From a virus (lineage: Duplodnaviria; Caudoviricetes): a stretch of 64,000 nucleotides of DNA. The DNA lies in the IMG/VR virus record IMGVR_UViG_3300021400_003144; one strand, 5' to 3'. The position numbers and the translations under genes are program-made. Below, in pieces: positions 11,401 through 20,927 of the stretch (its first letter is position 1; every line of letters begins with the position of its first letter). The notes under the pieces are model-generated. The model was given only the letters and a program-made list of their open reading frames with translations. It was not told the DNA's origin and searched no databases.

Positions 11401-13040
11401 AGTCTCTAGATGGAAAAGCACTTAGTATAGAAGAAGTATTCAAAGCTAAAGATACTGGAACACATGAGTATACAATTACTCAGATACCTGGAGATGATGA
11501 TTCAGTAATTTGGGATAATACAGCATTTCATATGACTGTAAATGTTGATAAGGATGAAGAAACAAATGCTTTAAGTCTTGGGGCTTATATTGATAACATT
11601 AAAATAAATAATGTAAGACGTCTTAAAGTTGATGAGTTTATAAATGTAACTTCTGAGAATGAAGGTTTACCATTAGGTAAATTTGAAGTACTTGATGAAG
11701 ATGGTAAAGTTATTGATACATTAGAAGTTAAGGATGGTGAAATTGAGTTTAAGCAATACTATACAAAGGATGACATTGGAGAGCATAAGTATACCATAAG
11801 ACAAGTACCTGGAAACAATAAGAGTATAATTTATGACAATACTGAATGGGAAGTTGTTGTAAATGTGTATGAAGATGCAACTGATGAAAGTACAGGACTT
11901 GGATATGATGGAAGTTTTCCTGATATTAATGTAAATAACTTATCTAAAGCTACAAGCTCTGAATTAATCAGAGTAAATGTAACAGATAAGCTTACAGAAA
12001 GTGCTGATGAGTCATTTAATGATAGCAAGGTTTATACAATATTTAATGTACTAGAGGGAGTATACAACTTATTTGATGAGAAGTTCTTTACAAGGTCACT
12101 AAAGACTAATGAGAATGTAGATAAGTACAGATATGGTATAAACAAGAGCAATTTGTTTATTGATGTAGAGGAAAAAGAAGATAGCACTGATTATTCTATG
12201 TATACAGACAATAATACTAAGAATATAGACTTCTTTATTCCTAATGAAGCTCAAGAAGAATTATCAGATAATGGTTTAATTGACAGTAAGATTAAAGGTT
12301 TCAGTATTGACTTTACACATACACGTGGTGATGATACCAAGGGCAAAGGTGGAAAAGATGGAAAAGCAACTTCATCTGAGATAGGTAGGTCAACACCTTC
12401 AACAATACCTAAGGACAAGCCAAGTAAGAAACCATCAGATAAACCAAGTCACAAGCATGATAAAGATGGTGCTGCTACAGGTTCAGAAATTCCTAAGGAC
12501 AAGCCTAGTGAGAAGCCATCAGAGAAACCAAGTGAGAAGCCATCAGAGAAGCCTTCATATAAGCCTAGTGAAAAGCCTGAGTATTCAGAAGAGTTTAATG
12601 AAAACAATAGACATAGAAAAGGTGAAAGTAAGAAGTCAGGTGATGATAATGACAAGGGCTATGATGGAGATTGGATTGACTATGATAACCATATAATGGC
12701 TATAGAGAAAGGTCAACCAGCTTTTAGAAGAGTAGATGGAACATATTTACGTGATTGTACAGCTGTATTACCAGAAAGAGGTCGCAGAGGTGGTCATTAT
12801 GATACTTATGTGTTTGACCATGAAGGACATGTAAGAGTTGGTTGGATTAAAGACCATGAGACAAAGCAGTGGTATTATCATGATGAAGATGGTCGTAGAC
12901 TGTATGGTTGGCAGACAATCAATGGTAAGAACTATTTCTTCTTTAATGATATGACTGATACATCTAGAGGTATTATGTTACATAATACAGTTATAGATGG
13001 ACGTAGGCTTGGAAGTGATGGAGCTGAAATAGTAAAATAA
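8418..13040 (+). CDS. Large secreted surface protein (BspA/DUF285-like repeats, Spy0128-like pilin domains, KPSE linker, C-terminal cell-wall-binding repeats)
   Basis: Signal peptide; MFYDCTSLTDI; two HxYTIxQxPGxxxSxxxDNT segments; KPSE repeats; GWIKD..WYY, GWQTINGKNYFF. Confidence 0.75.
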   Translation: MKRCSILKLILYQVILILALHSNAYAGYIDEIPSYYSQVSREQYTAKSYITHEEFIKYAYLAVEVATNTELSDEDAYKYKNNAFEMIHRLNGFKYPENLESNENVIKHIEILRSDNNTNENSIKCVGYGGGNVDNESCNMWFDNDTLYIEFDTQYISIKNDNYCNELYILETLKNVDSVKLDSYCSKNIPDFFWTKEHVDYYWEYEYGTVVPEMKEWGPASSNKGYNYGCTFNKNNEKYCIGIENKIHIDLDESYLEWLDVSGYLGEEFITESIQDGYIDLDRVMIKDDLFENGENSKVISYEFEIGSKYSDYSNIINKKYFTLNIEVYLDSDDRLHAKALNTSDIDFSDIVKEDSPAIIDGYRTSRKLLQLAYRSGDKDSDKDGLITNIEWADKMPEEWTAEPTFDGHLLLLSKADKFDILDSNSGNPLSENSIYCANIGDGPFPIWAWYDPYKKVIKLYTKQKDVQLDSYCEDTFSGLKAITNLNFLERVDIQEGTRTEKMFYDCTSLTDIKGIRHWFNIENVGKISELAELFKHVPITNIDDLQGVPYPADIFIGAFYDTKITSLDLSKLVILNYENNTGETGHQPLKEDRLDTKDGRVSHYIKCMFSDTGLISDIYIEASDKTVSNNREAPYNVTKFSPPLQTKITKSDFKYLVSNAGWEIGYSNFNSKVRTVDELYDEYSKYVDKLDAIYNAWKLEKNIPDKPDGMSDEEYLSIYGDTLEKEYSKLLYSDVYKPITFYKESSLQLKANIPVELVNKEAPVGKFKLHDVSKNTDKIIEVSNGANADYVWKASLAPNNTIYLYKDYISEEYLQGVLDSGGTGNRAFPDYVITSEDESIRYYKINKPDSSSSGLPMSPVKVYEVSLQEMGITNDTINSLFEYFQINNSTDESKGEVPSANPEVLCMDSEFNIVNLDTKIDNNDAFAKAFSEYMGVLGKIDDVGEPDLEAFISAFNSETGYKIKVNPAIQYNEASTSTLRSIASNFVESYLILKSLDGKALSIEEVFKAKDTGTHEYTITQIPGDDDSVIWDNTAFHMTVNVDKDEETNALSLGAYIDNIKINNVRRLKVDEFINVTSENEGLPLGKFEVLDEDGKVIDTLEVKDGEIEFKQYYTKDDIGEHKYTIRQVPGNNKSIIYDNTEWEVVVNVYEDATDESTGLGYDGSFPDINVNNLSKATSSELIRVNVTDKLTESADESFNDSKVYTIFNVLEGVYNLFDEKFFTRSLKTNENVDKYRYGINKSNLFIDVEEKEDSTDYSMYTDNNTKNIDFFIPNEAQEELSDNGLIDSKIKGFSIDFTHTRGDDTKGKGGKDGKATSSEIGRSTPSTIPKDKPSKKPSDKPSHKHDKDGAATGSEIPKDKPSEKPSEKPSEKPSEKPSYKPSEKPEYSEEFNENNRHRKGESKKSGDDNDKGYDGDWIDYDNHIMAIEKGQPAFRRVDGTYLRDCTAVLPERGRRGGHYDTYVFDHEGHVRVGWIKDHETKQWYYHDEDGRRLYGWQTINGKNYFFFNDMTDTSRGIMLHNTVIDGRRLGSDGAEIVK
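12408..12580 (+). repeat. Coding 12-bp repeats (KPSE/KPSD)
   Basis: aagccatcagag / aagcctagtgag units. Confidence 0.7.
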
Positions 13041-13072
13041 GGAATAAGAAAAGATATAAATAGAAGATAGGG

Positions 13073-13114
13073 AATTGCACTACAGATAATATTGGACTCT
13101 GTAGTGCAATTTTT
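13073..13114 (+). terminator. Intrinsic terminator
   Basis: aattgcactacaga...tctgtagtgcaatt + T run. Confidence 0.75.
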
Positions 13115-13191
13115 GTATTATTAAATAAAGGCACTAGTATGTTGATGTTGTGTAAAATTAAAATAAATTAAATTTTGATTTGTGAGGTAGC

Positions 13192-13965
13192 ATGAATAAA
13201 AAAGTAATAGTCTTAGCATTTATGATGTGTTTAAGTTTAACAGCTTGTGGAAACAAGATAAAGGAAGAGCAAGCTAATGAAATAAAAAGTAAAGCATTAG
13301 AAAGTCTGAAAGCTACACCTAGTACTATAGTTAAGACAAATTCATTGGAATTGAACTATAAAATTGGTGAAGATAAGCATAACATAGTAGAATATAGCAG
13401 ATATAAAGAGCATGAGGGAAAAGTATATATTCAGAAAGATATAACTGTTAATCTTAATGAAGATGAGACAGAAGCTCATAGTATTGATTATATAATTGAT
13501 GGTAAAAGATATAAAAAATTTGTAAAGGGTGCAGACTCTGAGTTGACAGATATGGACTATACTATATATAAGGATGAATCAAAGCCTTCAGAGTTATTAG
13601 ACAATGGATTTAGTTTAATTGCAAATAAAATAGAGTTGAAAAAGGTAGATGAGAAGAGCATAGCTGGTGAGGAGCTATATCATGTAAAAGGAGAAGTACC
13701 ATTAGAGGTTTGTGGTGCTGTAGCTGGTGTAAATATGAATACACTTGGAGCTATTGATGAGGATATGAAAAATGTTCTATGTGATATAGATATATACCTT
13801 GATGAAGAAGATTATAGCTTAGCTGAGGTTGATATGGACTTAACTAAAGTAATTAGTAAATCAGTGATAAATAAGAATAAGTCAGATGTGAAATTAGATA
13901 GTTTAAAGTTTACTAGTGTTATGGATTATTCTGACACGTTCAGTATAATACCATTGGGCTTGTAA
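13192..13965 (+). CDS. Lipoprotein (LolA/DUF6612-like fold possible)
   Basis: Lipobox LTAC after hydrophobic signal. Confidence 0.7.
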   Translation: MNKKVIVLAFMMCLSLTACGNKIKEEQANEIKSKALESLKATPSTIVKTNSLELNYKIGEDKHNIVEYSRYKEHEGKVYIQKDITVNLNEDETEAHSIDYIIDGKRYKKFVKGADSELTDMDYTIYKDESKPSELLDNGFSLIANKIELKKVDEKSIAGEELYHVKGEVPLEVCGAVAGVNMNTLGAIDEDMKNVLCDIDIYLDEEDYSLAEVDMDLTKVISKSVINKNKSDVKLDSLKFTSVMDYSDTFSIIPLGL

Positions 13966-14061
13966 ATAGTAGTTTGTATATTTAAAGATTTATTGTATTT
14001 ATGCAGACTAAAATAAGGGGATGCTGAAAGATGAGTGAAATAATAGATGGAGGTATCTAGC

Positions 14062-15069
14062 ATGATTCCAAATGGAATTTATTATGACGTAAATGACAAT
14101 GTGATATGGACATTAGACAATAATAATATAATGGCATATCACAGAAGTGATTTTGAGGCATTTAATCTTTATGAAAGAGTACCTCAAAATTGTTTTGCAA
14201 ATAAATACAAGCTGGATAAATATAATCCATTTGATAAGTACAAAGATACTACACGGTATAAGAAGTTTAAGTGTATTACAGAACTTGATAGTTTATTTGT
14301 ATCATCTATTGATAAGGAAGTATTTTATATCTTTTATCATCATGACAGTGAAGATAATAAGGTATCTAATGATGGTATAATAGCAGTAGTATCACCAGAG
14401 GGCAAAGATAGATATGTATTTGATGCACTAGTGACAAAAGCTGAAATAAACAAATGTGAACTACCAATAGATGTAGACTTTGTATTCAGTAAATGCGAAG
14501 GCTTAAATATGATATCCTTTGATGATAAAATGAGGATAAATCAACTAAAGTCATTTACATTAAGATTGCCAAATAAACCTGGAATGAGGATATATAATAT
14601 ATATGCTGAAAATAGCAAATACAGTGATGCTAATTTTAATATAATTGGATGCAATAATGAAATATACATTGGTAATAATGAAGCGGATCCTTATTCACGT
14701 GTTGAGCATATTTCACGTATTGAAGGGTTTACAATTAATGGTGGGTTAGTTATACATCCAGATAGGCTTATATTAGCTAAGGTAAAGATAACTGGAGGAA
14801 TCACTGTTAATTTAGATAGAGATCAATTTCATTTAGCTAATGCTATTGATTCATCCACTCTTAGTCAATTTGTGAGATATAAATGTTTTGGTATATTTGA
14901 ATCTAATATAGATAGACTTGTACTAAACCTAGATGGAAAGTTATTTAAAGAATACAAAGGTGTAACAGAGTTGCTAATAACAAGAGTTCATATACTTACA
15001 CATCAAGTATATAAAACACGAATAAAAGTTAAATGTGCTAATGGGAATGTAGTTTCTCAGATTGATTAA
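14062..15069 (+). CDS. Hypothetical protein, paralog family A
   Basis: YKKFK, LTLRLP-type and NIIGC segments shared with neighbours; start chosen after GGAGG. Confidence 0.65.
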   Translation: MIPNGIYYDVNDNVIWTLDNNNIMAYHRSDFEAFNLYERVPQNCFANKYKLDKYNPFDKYKDTTRYKKFKCITELDSLFVSSIDKEVFYIFYHHDSEDNKVSNDGIIAVVSPEGKDRYVFDALVTKAEINKCELPIDVDFVFSKCEGLNMISFDDKMRINQLKSFTLRLPNKPGMRIYNIYAENSKYSDANFNIIGCNNEIYIGNNEADPYSRVEHISRIEGFTINGGLVIHPDRLILAKVKITGGITVNLDRDQFHLANAIDSSTLSQFVRYKCFGIFESNIDRLVLNLDGKLFKEYKGVTELLITRVHILTHQVYKTRIKVKCANGNVVSQID

Positions 15070-15097
15070 GCCTTGAAGATATGAGGGATACTAAGAA

Positions 15098-16102
15098 GTG
15101 AGTAAAGAATCAAATAAAAATAAAGATTTTTCATGCAATGTATATAAAGATACTGAAAATAATTTGATATTTGATGTAATAAATTATAAAGATGGTAAAA
15201 AGAATATTGCAGTATATAGTGATGAGGATTATGCATTAAAATTTGGTAGGCAATGCATAGTAGATGAATTACCTGAAGATGGTGAATACTATGTAGTAGA
15301 TAGATTGCCTGATGATGAATATTATAAGAACATTAAGAATACAGAAGTATTTAAGAAGTTTATTTATGCATTAGATATGAAAAGAGTATTCAGTAAGAGC
15401 GATTATAAAAGGCTGATATATTATTGTAATGCTAATGATGAAGAAGGAGTACAGGCATATGTATGTTGTGATAAAAGCAGAACTGTTGGGAACTTCATAA
15501 CATCAGTAGTGCTAAATGGAGATAACTTAGCAGGTGAGTGTGAAATTGCACTAGATAAGGCATCAAAACTAGTAGGCATATTTATTGAGGGTAGCAATAT
15601 AGACTTACTTGCATATGAGAAACTTACATTAAGATTACCAGATAAGACTGGTATCAAACTTAGGAAATTTAATATTAGGAGTATAGTCAGTAGCAATAAT
15701 GTAGCAACTTTTAATTTATTGGGGTGTAGTAAAGTTATAAATATTGCAGACAGTGTTATTGCTGGTATTAGATTAAATAGTGGATTACATATAGCTCCTG
15801 CTAAACTAGATATGAATGAGGTTACTGTTGATGATACACTGTATATAAGTCTAAACAGACAGAATTTGACAGCTAATACATTATTTATTGCAAACTCAAG
15901 AATAAAGAAACTTATACTAAGTTTAGATAATAAATTGTTCAATGAATATGATAATTTAACAGTGTTAACATTAGAAAAGGCTGGAAAAGGAAGTCCTAAT
16001 TTAGTTGTAATAGCTACGTGTGATAGTGGAACTGACTATAAGGTAATTGGAATGGACAGCAAAGGTAAGAAAATAAAAGATGATTCTGAGTCTATGGGTT
16101 AA
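15098..16102 (+). CDS. Hypothetical protein, paralog family A
   Basis: YKDTENNLIF, LTLRLPDK, NLLGC. Confidence 0.65.
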   Translation: MSKESNKNKDFSCNVYKDTENNLIFDVINYKDGKKNIAVYSDEDYALKFGRQCIVDELPEDGEYYVVDRLPDDEYYKNIKNTEVFKKFIYALDMKRVFSKSDYKRLIYYCNANDEEGVQAYVCCDKSRTVGNFITSVVLNGDNLAGECEIALDKASKLVGIFIEGSNIDLLAYEKLTLRLPDKTGIKLRKFNIRSIVSSNNVATFNLLGCSKVINIADSVIAGIRLNSGLHIAPAKLDMNEVTVDDTLYISLNRQNLTANTLFIANSRIKKLILSLDNKLFNEYDNLTVLTLEKAGKGSPNLVVIATCDSGTDYKVIGMDSKGKKIKDDSESMG

Positions 16103-16112
16103 GGAGGATATT

Positions 16113-16664
16113 ATGGGTTTAATTGAACAAGGAGTAGGATGTGCTATTGGAGCAAAAATGGCTGCAAATGACATTCAAAAAGTACTAATAGACAATATCT
16201 ATAAATATCGTACTGAGAAAATAGATGTAAAACATGCTAAAAGAATGGTATCAATCTCAGCCTTTACATTTGCATGTCCAGTTTTTGCTATTTTAGTTAC
16301 AAGTGTAATTATACCTGATGTCACCAAACTGAATGACACACAATCTACATTATTTATAGCATGGATTTTATTTTGTGCAGTATGTATTATTATAGGAGTT
16401 ATGTTTGCAAACTATGTAAATAAAAAATATGCTTTTCATATGGCTATACAAGACCCTAAAAAAGAAAAACGTTACAGGTGGTCTAATTTAGTTCTATACA
16501 ATGATGAAATAGATGAGTGGGCTGACTATGTAGCTAAGCATCCTCTTAGTAGACCATCAGGTGTTATAGAACCTGTTATTTTGGATAGAACTAGCTGTAA
16601 AATTGTAGGTAATTTGAATATGAAACAAGTGAAAGAATTATTACATAATAAAATAAGGCATTAA
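16113..16664 (+). CDS. Membrane protein (2 TM)
   Basis: AGGAGG RBS before ATG 16113; two hydrophobic helices. Confidence 0.65.
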   Translation: MGLIEQGVGCAIGAKMAANDIQKVLIDNIYKYRTEKIDVKHAKRMVSISAFTFACPVFAILVTSVIIPDVTKLNDTQSTLFIAWILFCAVCIIIGVMFANYVNKKYAFHMAIQDPKKEKRYRWSNLVLYNDEIDEWADYVAKHPLSRPSGVIEPVILDRTSCKIVGNLNMKQVKELLHNKIRH

Positions 16665-16713
16665 GTTAAATTAATAGACATTAAGCTAAATTAATAAACT
16701 TAGGAAGTAATTT

Positions 16714-17631
16714 ATGGGTATAAAATCTAGAGAGGCATACTTAGATAAAGAAAACAACTTAATATATGATTCAACAATACTTAACTATTTGTATTCAGAT
16801 GAGCTAATTGATTGTATAAGAGTTAGATTAGCTGAAAGGTTTATAGGTAATATAGATGGTTTATCTGAGTTACCTGAAGGTGAGACTATATCTAAAATTA
16901 GGAACAGTGCAGAGTATAAGAAGTTTAGGTATGTTACAGACATTAATAAAGCTCTTGGAGATCCATATGGTAGCTCATTATCTTTGGCATATGAAATTAA
17001 AGCACATAAGTTTCATATAATAGAAGAGATAAAAAGAGGTGAAGTAGTAGCTAACACTGTATCAACTGATGTAGTCTGTATTGGTGAAGCTGATATTCCT
17101 GAAGTTAAAAGTATTAACTGTGCTAAATGTAAAGAGCTTGAGCATGTAGTTATTTACTATAACTATAATTACTTTGATAAGGAAATAATACTTCCTGATA
17201 AAGAAGATATTACACTTAATATTGTAATTAGGGGCAATGGTGCTACACGTAACTATACAAATCTTGATATAAAAGGTTGCAGTAAGTATATTAAGTTAAG
17301 TCAGTCTATATTATATGAATGTTGTATAGAAAAACCTATTTATATAATACCCTGGAGGTGTTCATTTTCAAGTATTAGGGCTGATGAAATGAGCATATTA
17401 TTAGAAACTGATAAGCTTACTGGATTTAAAGATGAGGAAACAGCTATAGCAAGGATGACTAGCTGTAGTGTTAAAAGACTTAATGTAAATATTGATGGTA
17501 CAAATTATAATGTTGATAATGCTAGGACTTTAGATATAACATTTTTAAAAAGTGAATCTAAAGTAAAATTAGGTATCTGGGATGAAGATGGTAAAAACTA
17601 TATGCAAAAGGTAATTAAGGTTAAGAAGTAG
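16714..17631 (+). CDS. Hypothetical protein, paralog family A
   Basis: AYLDKENNLIY, IILPDKEDI, GCSKYIKL; close to 17641 ORF. Confidence 0.65.
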   Translation: MGIKSREAYLDKENNLIYDSTILNYLYSDELIDCIRVRLAERFIGNIDGLSELPEGETISKIRNSAEYKKFRYVTDINKALGDPYGSSLSLAYEIKAHKFHIIEEIKRGEVVANTVSTDVVCIGEADIPEVKSINCAKCKELEHVVIYYNYNYFDKEIILPDKEDITLNIVIRGNGATRNYTNLDIKGCSKYIKLSQSILYECCIEKPIYIIPWRCSFSSIRADEMSILLETDKLTGFKDEETAIARMTSCSVKRLNVNIDGTNYNVDNARTLDITFLKSESKVKLGIWDEDGKNYMQKVIKVKK

Positions 17632-17640
17632 TATAGACAT

Positions 17641-18588
17641 ATGAGTAGAAGTACAAATTTAGAAAAAGATGCTTATTTAGATAAAGAAGATAATCTGGTT
17701 TATGAAAGTAGCAGGCTGGTTGATGATTCTGAAGAAGTATTAAATCACTTTATATCAGTAGAAAGATTAGATGATTACTGTGGAGATAGAAATAAGCTAA
17801 AAGAACTTGTTGAAAATAAATATGTAGCTAGGATAAAATCTAGTGAAGAATTAAGGGATTTTAAGTATACTACTGATATTAATAAAACATTTGGATATAA
17901 AGCTGATGGAAGATTACGTGTTATATATACTGCTAAGTTTGATGAGTTATATCTAAGAGAGAATATGTATGAGAAAAGTGAAGTAGTGGCAAGTAGTATA
18001 ACAAATGATGTATTTTATGATAGTTTAATAAAAAGAGAGGCTCCAAGGTTAATTAACTGTGGCAGATGTAAGAAGCTTGATTCATTATATGTCAAATGTT
18101 CAGATAAGAGAGTGAATAGTACAATTATTCTTCCTGATAAGGATGATATAGAAGCTACACTATTACTTAGGCATTTGGATAGAAAAAATAAGTCTAAAGG
18201 TAAGTTATCTATAGTTGGATGCAATAAATACATTAAACTGAATAAGTCATTATTAGGAAATATTGATATAGACACTCCTATTTATATAAAACCTAATAGA
18301 TGTGATTTTTCATGCATTAATGCAGATGAAATAAACATACTAATAGACAAAGATATGCTTATGAAATATGCTGACAGCAGATTATATAAAGATGAAGGCA
18401 TAAGTATAAGCATGCATTGCAGTTTGGTAAAGAGTCTTAATATAAATATAGATGGTACTGAGTATCATATGAATAATGCTAAGTATATGAGTATAAGAAC
18501 ATTAAGAATCACAAATGAGCTAATTATAAGTATCTATGGTGTAGAGACTGGAAATTGTATAGAAAAAGTAATAGACATTGAAAAATAA
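17641..18588 (+). CDS. Hypothetical protein, paralog family A
   Basis: AYLDKEDNLVY, IILPDKDDI, GCNKYIKL. Confidence 0.65.
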   Translation: MSRSTNLEKDAYLDKEDNLVYESSRLVDDSEEVLNHFISVERLDDYCGDRNKLKELVENKYVARIKSSEELRDFKYTTDINKTFGYKADGRLRVIYTAKFDELYLRENMYEKSEVVASSITNDVFYDSLIKREAPRLINCGRCKKLDSLYVKCSDKRVNSTIILPDKDDIEATLLLRHLDRKNKSKGKLSIVGCNKYIKLNKSLLGNIDIDTPIYIKPNRCDFSCINADEINILIDKDMLMKYADSRLYKDEGISISMHCSLVKSLNINIDGTEYHMNNAKYMSIRTLRITNELIISIYGVETGNCIEKVIDIEK

Positions 18589-18688
18589 AAGTGACATGAT
18601 AATTTAAATAGGGTTGTTATAAAGTATCTTATGAAAGTAAAGTGGTATGTTGATTAAAAAAATATTTTAAAAATATTTGAAAATTTAG

Positions 18689-18717
18689 TTGACAAAGTTT
18701 TGAAAGTTTGTTATAAT
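18689..18717 (+). promoter_or_regulatory. Consensus sigma70/sigmaA promoter for tRNA cluster
   Basis: TTGACA-17 nt-TATAAT with TG extension. Confidence 0.85.
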
Positions 18718-18787
18718 AATGTATGTAAGGTTGAGTGAGAGATACTCAATGATAAATTAAAATCTTAATATTCATAGTGCCTAGAGG

Positions 18788-18827
18788 CTAAGGTTTATGT
18801 GTGCCGAAAGAAAAACACATACTTTAG
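18788..18827 (+). repeat. Conserved hairpin copy 1 (copy 2 at 18967-19006)
   Basis: aaggtttatgtgt-gccgaaagaaaa-acacata. Confidence 0.7.
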
Positions 18828-18831
18828 ACAT

Positions 18832-18904
18832 CGCGGGATGGTAGCAGTGGTAGCTCGTCAGTCTCATAAGCTGAAGGTCGATGGTTCAAGTCCATCTCCC
18901 GCAA
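18832..18904 (+). tRNA. tRNA-Met(CAT), initiator-like
   Basis: cgcggga/tcccgca with C1:A72 mismatch; loop ctcataa; T arm gatgg-ttcaagt-ccatc. Confidence 0.85.
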
Positions 18905-18966
18905 TTATCTAATGTTAATTAGATAATTATTATTCATGTTAAAGTTTCACTTTAATGCGTTTAATG

Positions 18967-19006
18967 TTAAGGTTTATGTGTACCGAAAGAAAAACACATA
19001 ACTTAA
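18967..19006 (+). repeat. Conserved hairpin copy 2
   Basis: aaggtttatgtgt-accgaaagaaaa-acacata. Confidence 0.7.
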
Positions 19007-19089
19007 ACATGTATTTGGAAAAACCCTTCTGATAGGGATTACATTCGGATACTCTGACCATTGAGCTAAATGTCCATAATACATGTTTA
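19004..19089 (+). ncRNA. Putative small RNA antisense to tRNA 5' half (copy 1)
   Basis: 12-bp closing stem; AACCCTT..ATAGGGATTA hairpin; 19046-19075 complementary to the 5' part of the downstream tRNA. Confidence 0.55.
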
Positions 19090-19092
19090 TAA

Positions 19093-19166
19093 AGACTCTT
19101 AGCTCAGCTGGTAAGAGCATCCGGCTCATAACCGGACGGTCCTGGGTTCAAGTCCCAGAGAGTCTA
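19093..19166 (+). tRNA. tRNA-Ile2/Met(CAT)
   Basis: agactct/agagtct; tccgg-ctcataa-ccgga; ctggg-ttcaagt-cccag. Confidence 0.9.
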
Positions 19167-19201
19167 CTAAAATAAATTAAATATACAAAGGAGTATGGAA
19201 A

Positions 19202-19648
19202 ATGAACTTTATAGACGAAGTAAAGCAGTGGGGGTTGTACACCAATTCTATTGGGTGGAACTTTAATGGAAGAGCGTCAAGACGTGAGTATTGGATGAGC
19301 GTGCTATTCTATTTTGTGCTTAGTTTTGTAGCAAACATAGCACTAGGACTTGTGTTTGGTATACTTGGTGGTGTGCTTGGAGCATTAAAGCTAAAGGCAG
19401 CACTTGGTCTTCTAGGTATGGCTAACACAGTAATATCAATGATAATATTTATTTACATAACAAGTAGAACACTTCCATTGGCAGTAAGAAGATTGCATGA
19501 CATTGGAAAGTCAGGTTGGACATATCTTTGGTGTACTTTAGGATCTTTTATTTGTGGTATAGGAGCAATAGTATTTTTAATATTTGCACTTAAAGAAGGT
19601 GATGCTGGTGATAATCAGTATGGACCTAATCCTTTAAATGCAAATTAA
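19202..19648 (+). CDS. DUF805 family membrane protein
   Basis: FNGRASRREYW, AVRRLHDIGKSGW, GDNQYGPNP. Confidence 0.9.
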   Translation: MNFIDEVKQWGLYTNSIGWNFNGRASRREYWMSVLFYFVLSFVANIALGLVFGILGGVLGALKLKAALGLLGMANTVISMIIFIYITSRTLPLAVRRLHDIGKSGWTYLWCTLGSFICGIGAIVFLIFALKEGDAGDNQYGPNPLNAN

Positions 19649-19882
19649 AAATTATAAATCTTTATAAACTTGTGAAAAGACATCTATTTTAATAGGTGTC
19701 TTTTTTTTTGTTGAAAGAAAAGATTATAGTTTAATTATAACATTATAGAAATAGAATTGCATAGAATATATTTTAATCTTAGCGGATACAGGTTTAAGGC
19801 AGGGTAGATTAAAAAAAGAAAATTATTAATCATTTCAATGTAATTGTGATATAAATAATAAAATAAGTGAGGTAATTATATT

Positions 19883-20626
19883 ATGATTATAGTAACAAAG
19901 GTTAATAAGTCTGGAAATAGAATAGATAGCTATGATTGCAGAACTGCTGATGGAAGAGTTATAAATGGAGTAAAGAAAGAGGAACTTATTCCATACATAG
20001 TTAAAGGATTAGTAGATAATGCTAAAATACAGATACTTGTAGATGATGCACCTAGAGAAGTTGATAAGCAAATACTTGATAAGAGTCAACTTACATTAAC
20101 TAATGTAGCAGCTTGGGTATATAATAATGTGTGTCCAATAGCATATAGGATAAGATGTGGTGCTTATACAACTAAGGAAATAGAGAAAAAATATGATGGT
20201 CGCTATAGTTGCTATATAAGATTAAGTGCATCTTATAATAAAGACATAAAATTGGAATTTAGCATATTAGATGATCACGGTAAAGTGTGTGATAGAGAAT
20301 ATAAATGGGATATGCAGCATAGGGTTTTCGTAGGGAAAACGCTTATACCTGACTCATGCTGTACATATAGTAGAACTGAAGTACTTAGTCCAAATGGTAT
20401 TGGAAAAGCAGTTTCAGCTTATGACCAAAAGCAGTTTGTAGATGATAATGGAACTACAAAAGATTTCTTAGACTACCACTTAAAGGCTGTTCCTACAGAG
20501 GTACTTGTTGGCAGCTTCTTGGATAATGCTAATGAAATGATGAAAAAGTTATATAGTAACATTCAGAGAGATGAGAAATCTTATGATGAAGAGCAGAGAA
20601 TAAAAAGAATGGGCAGCAGAGCATAA
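19883..20626 (+). CDS. Hypothetical protein (N-terminus resembles that of 30446/52459 ORFs)
   Basis: 247-aa ORF; LVDNAKI segment. Confidence 0.6.
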   Translation: MIIVTKVNKSGNRIDSYDCRTADGRVINGVKKEELIPYIVKGLVDNAKIQILVDDAPREVDKQILDKSQLTLTNVAAWVYNNVCPIAYRIRCGAYTTKEIEKKYDGRYSCYIRLSASYNKDIKLEFSILDDHGKVCDREYKWDMQHRVFVGKTLIPDSCCTYSRTEVLSPNGIGKAVSAYDQKQFVDDNGTTKDFLDYHLKAVPTEVLVGSFLDNANEMMKKLYSNIQRDEKSYDEEQRIKRMGSRA

Positions 20627-20831
20627 AGAGTAAGAGCATAACATAGAAGCATAACATAGCAATTTTAATTAACAGTTTATGATTTAATGTCATAAACTGT
20701 TAATTTTTATTTTTAATGCATGATTGGCATAAAATATAACATATAAGTATTATAGTGTATATTTAAAATAGTTTATTTAATGAAGTTTAGAGAAAAATAA
20801 AGAAAAATGTTGAAAATTGTTGTAAATAGTA

Positions 20832-20860
20832 TTGACAAGAATATATAAATATAGTAATAT
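20832..20860 (+). promoter_or_regulatory. sigmaA-type promoter
   Basis: TTGACA-17-TAATAT. Confidence 0.6.
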
Positions 20861-20927
20861 ATGTATTGTAAGGTTTTGAAAGGGAACCAAGTTAAATAAA
20901 AAGATTTGAAAAAAGTTGAAAAAAGTG

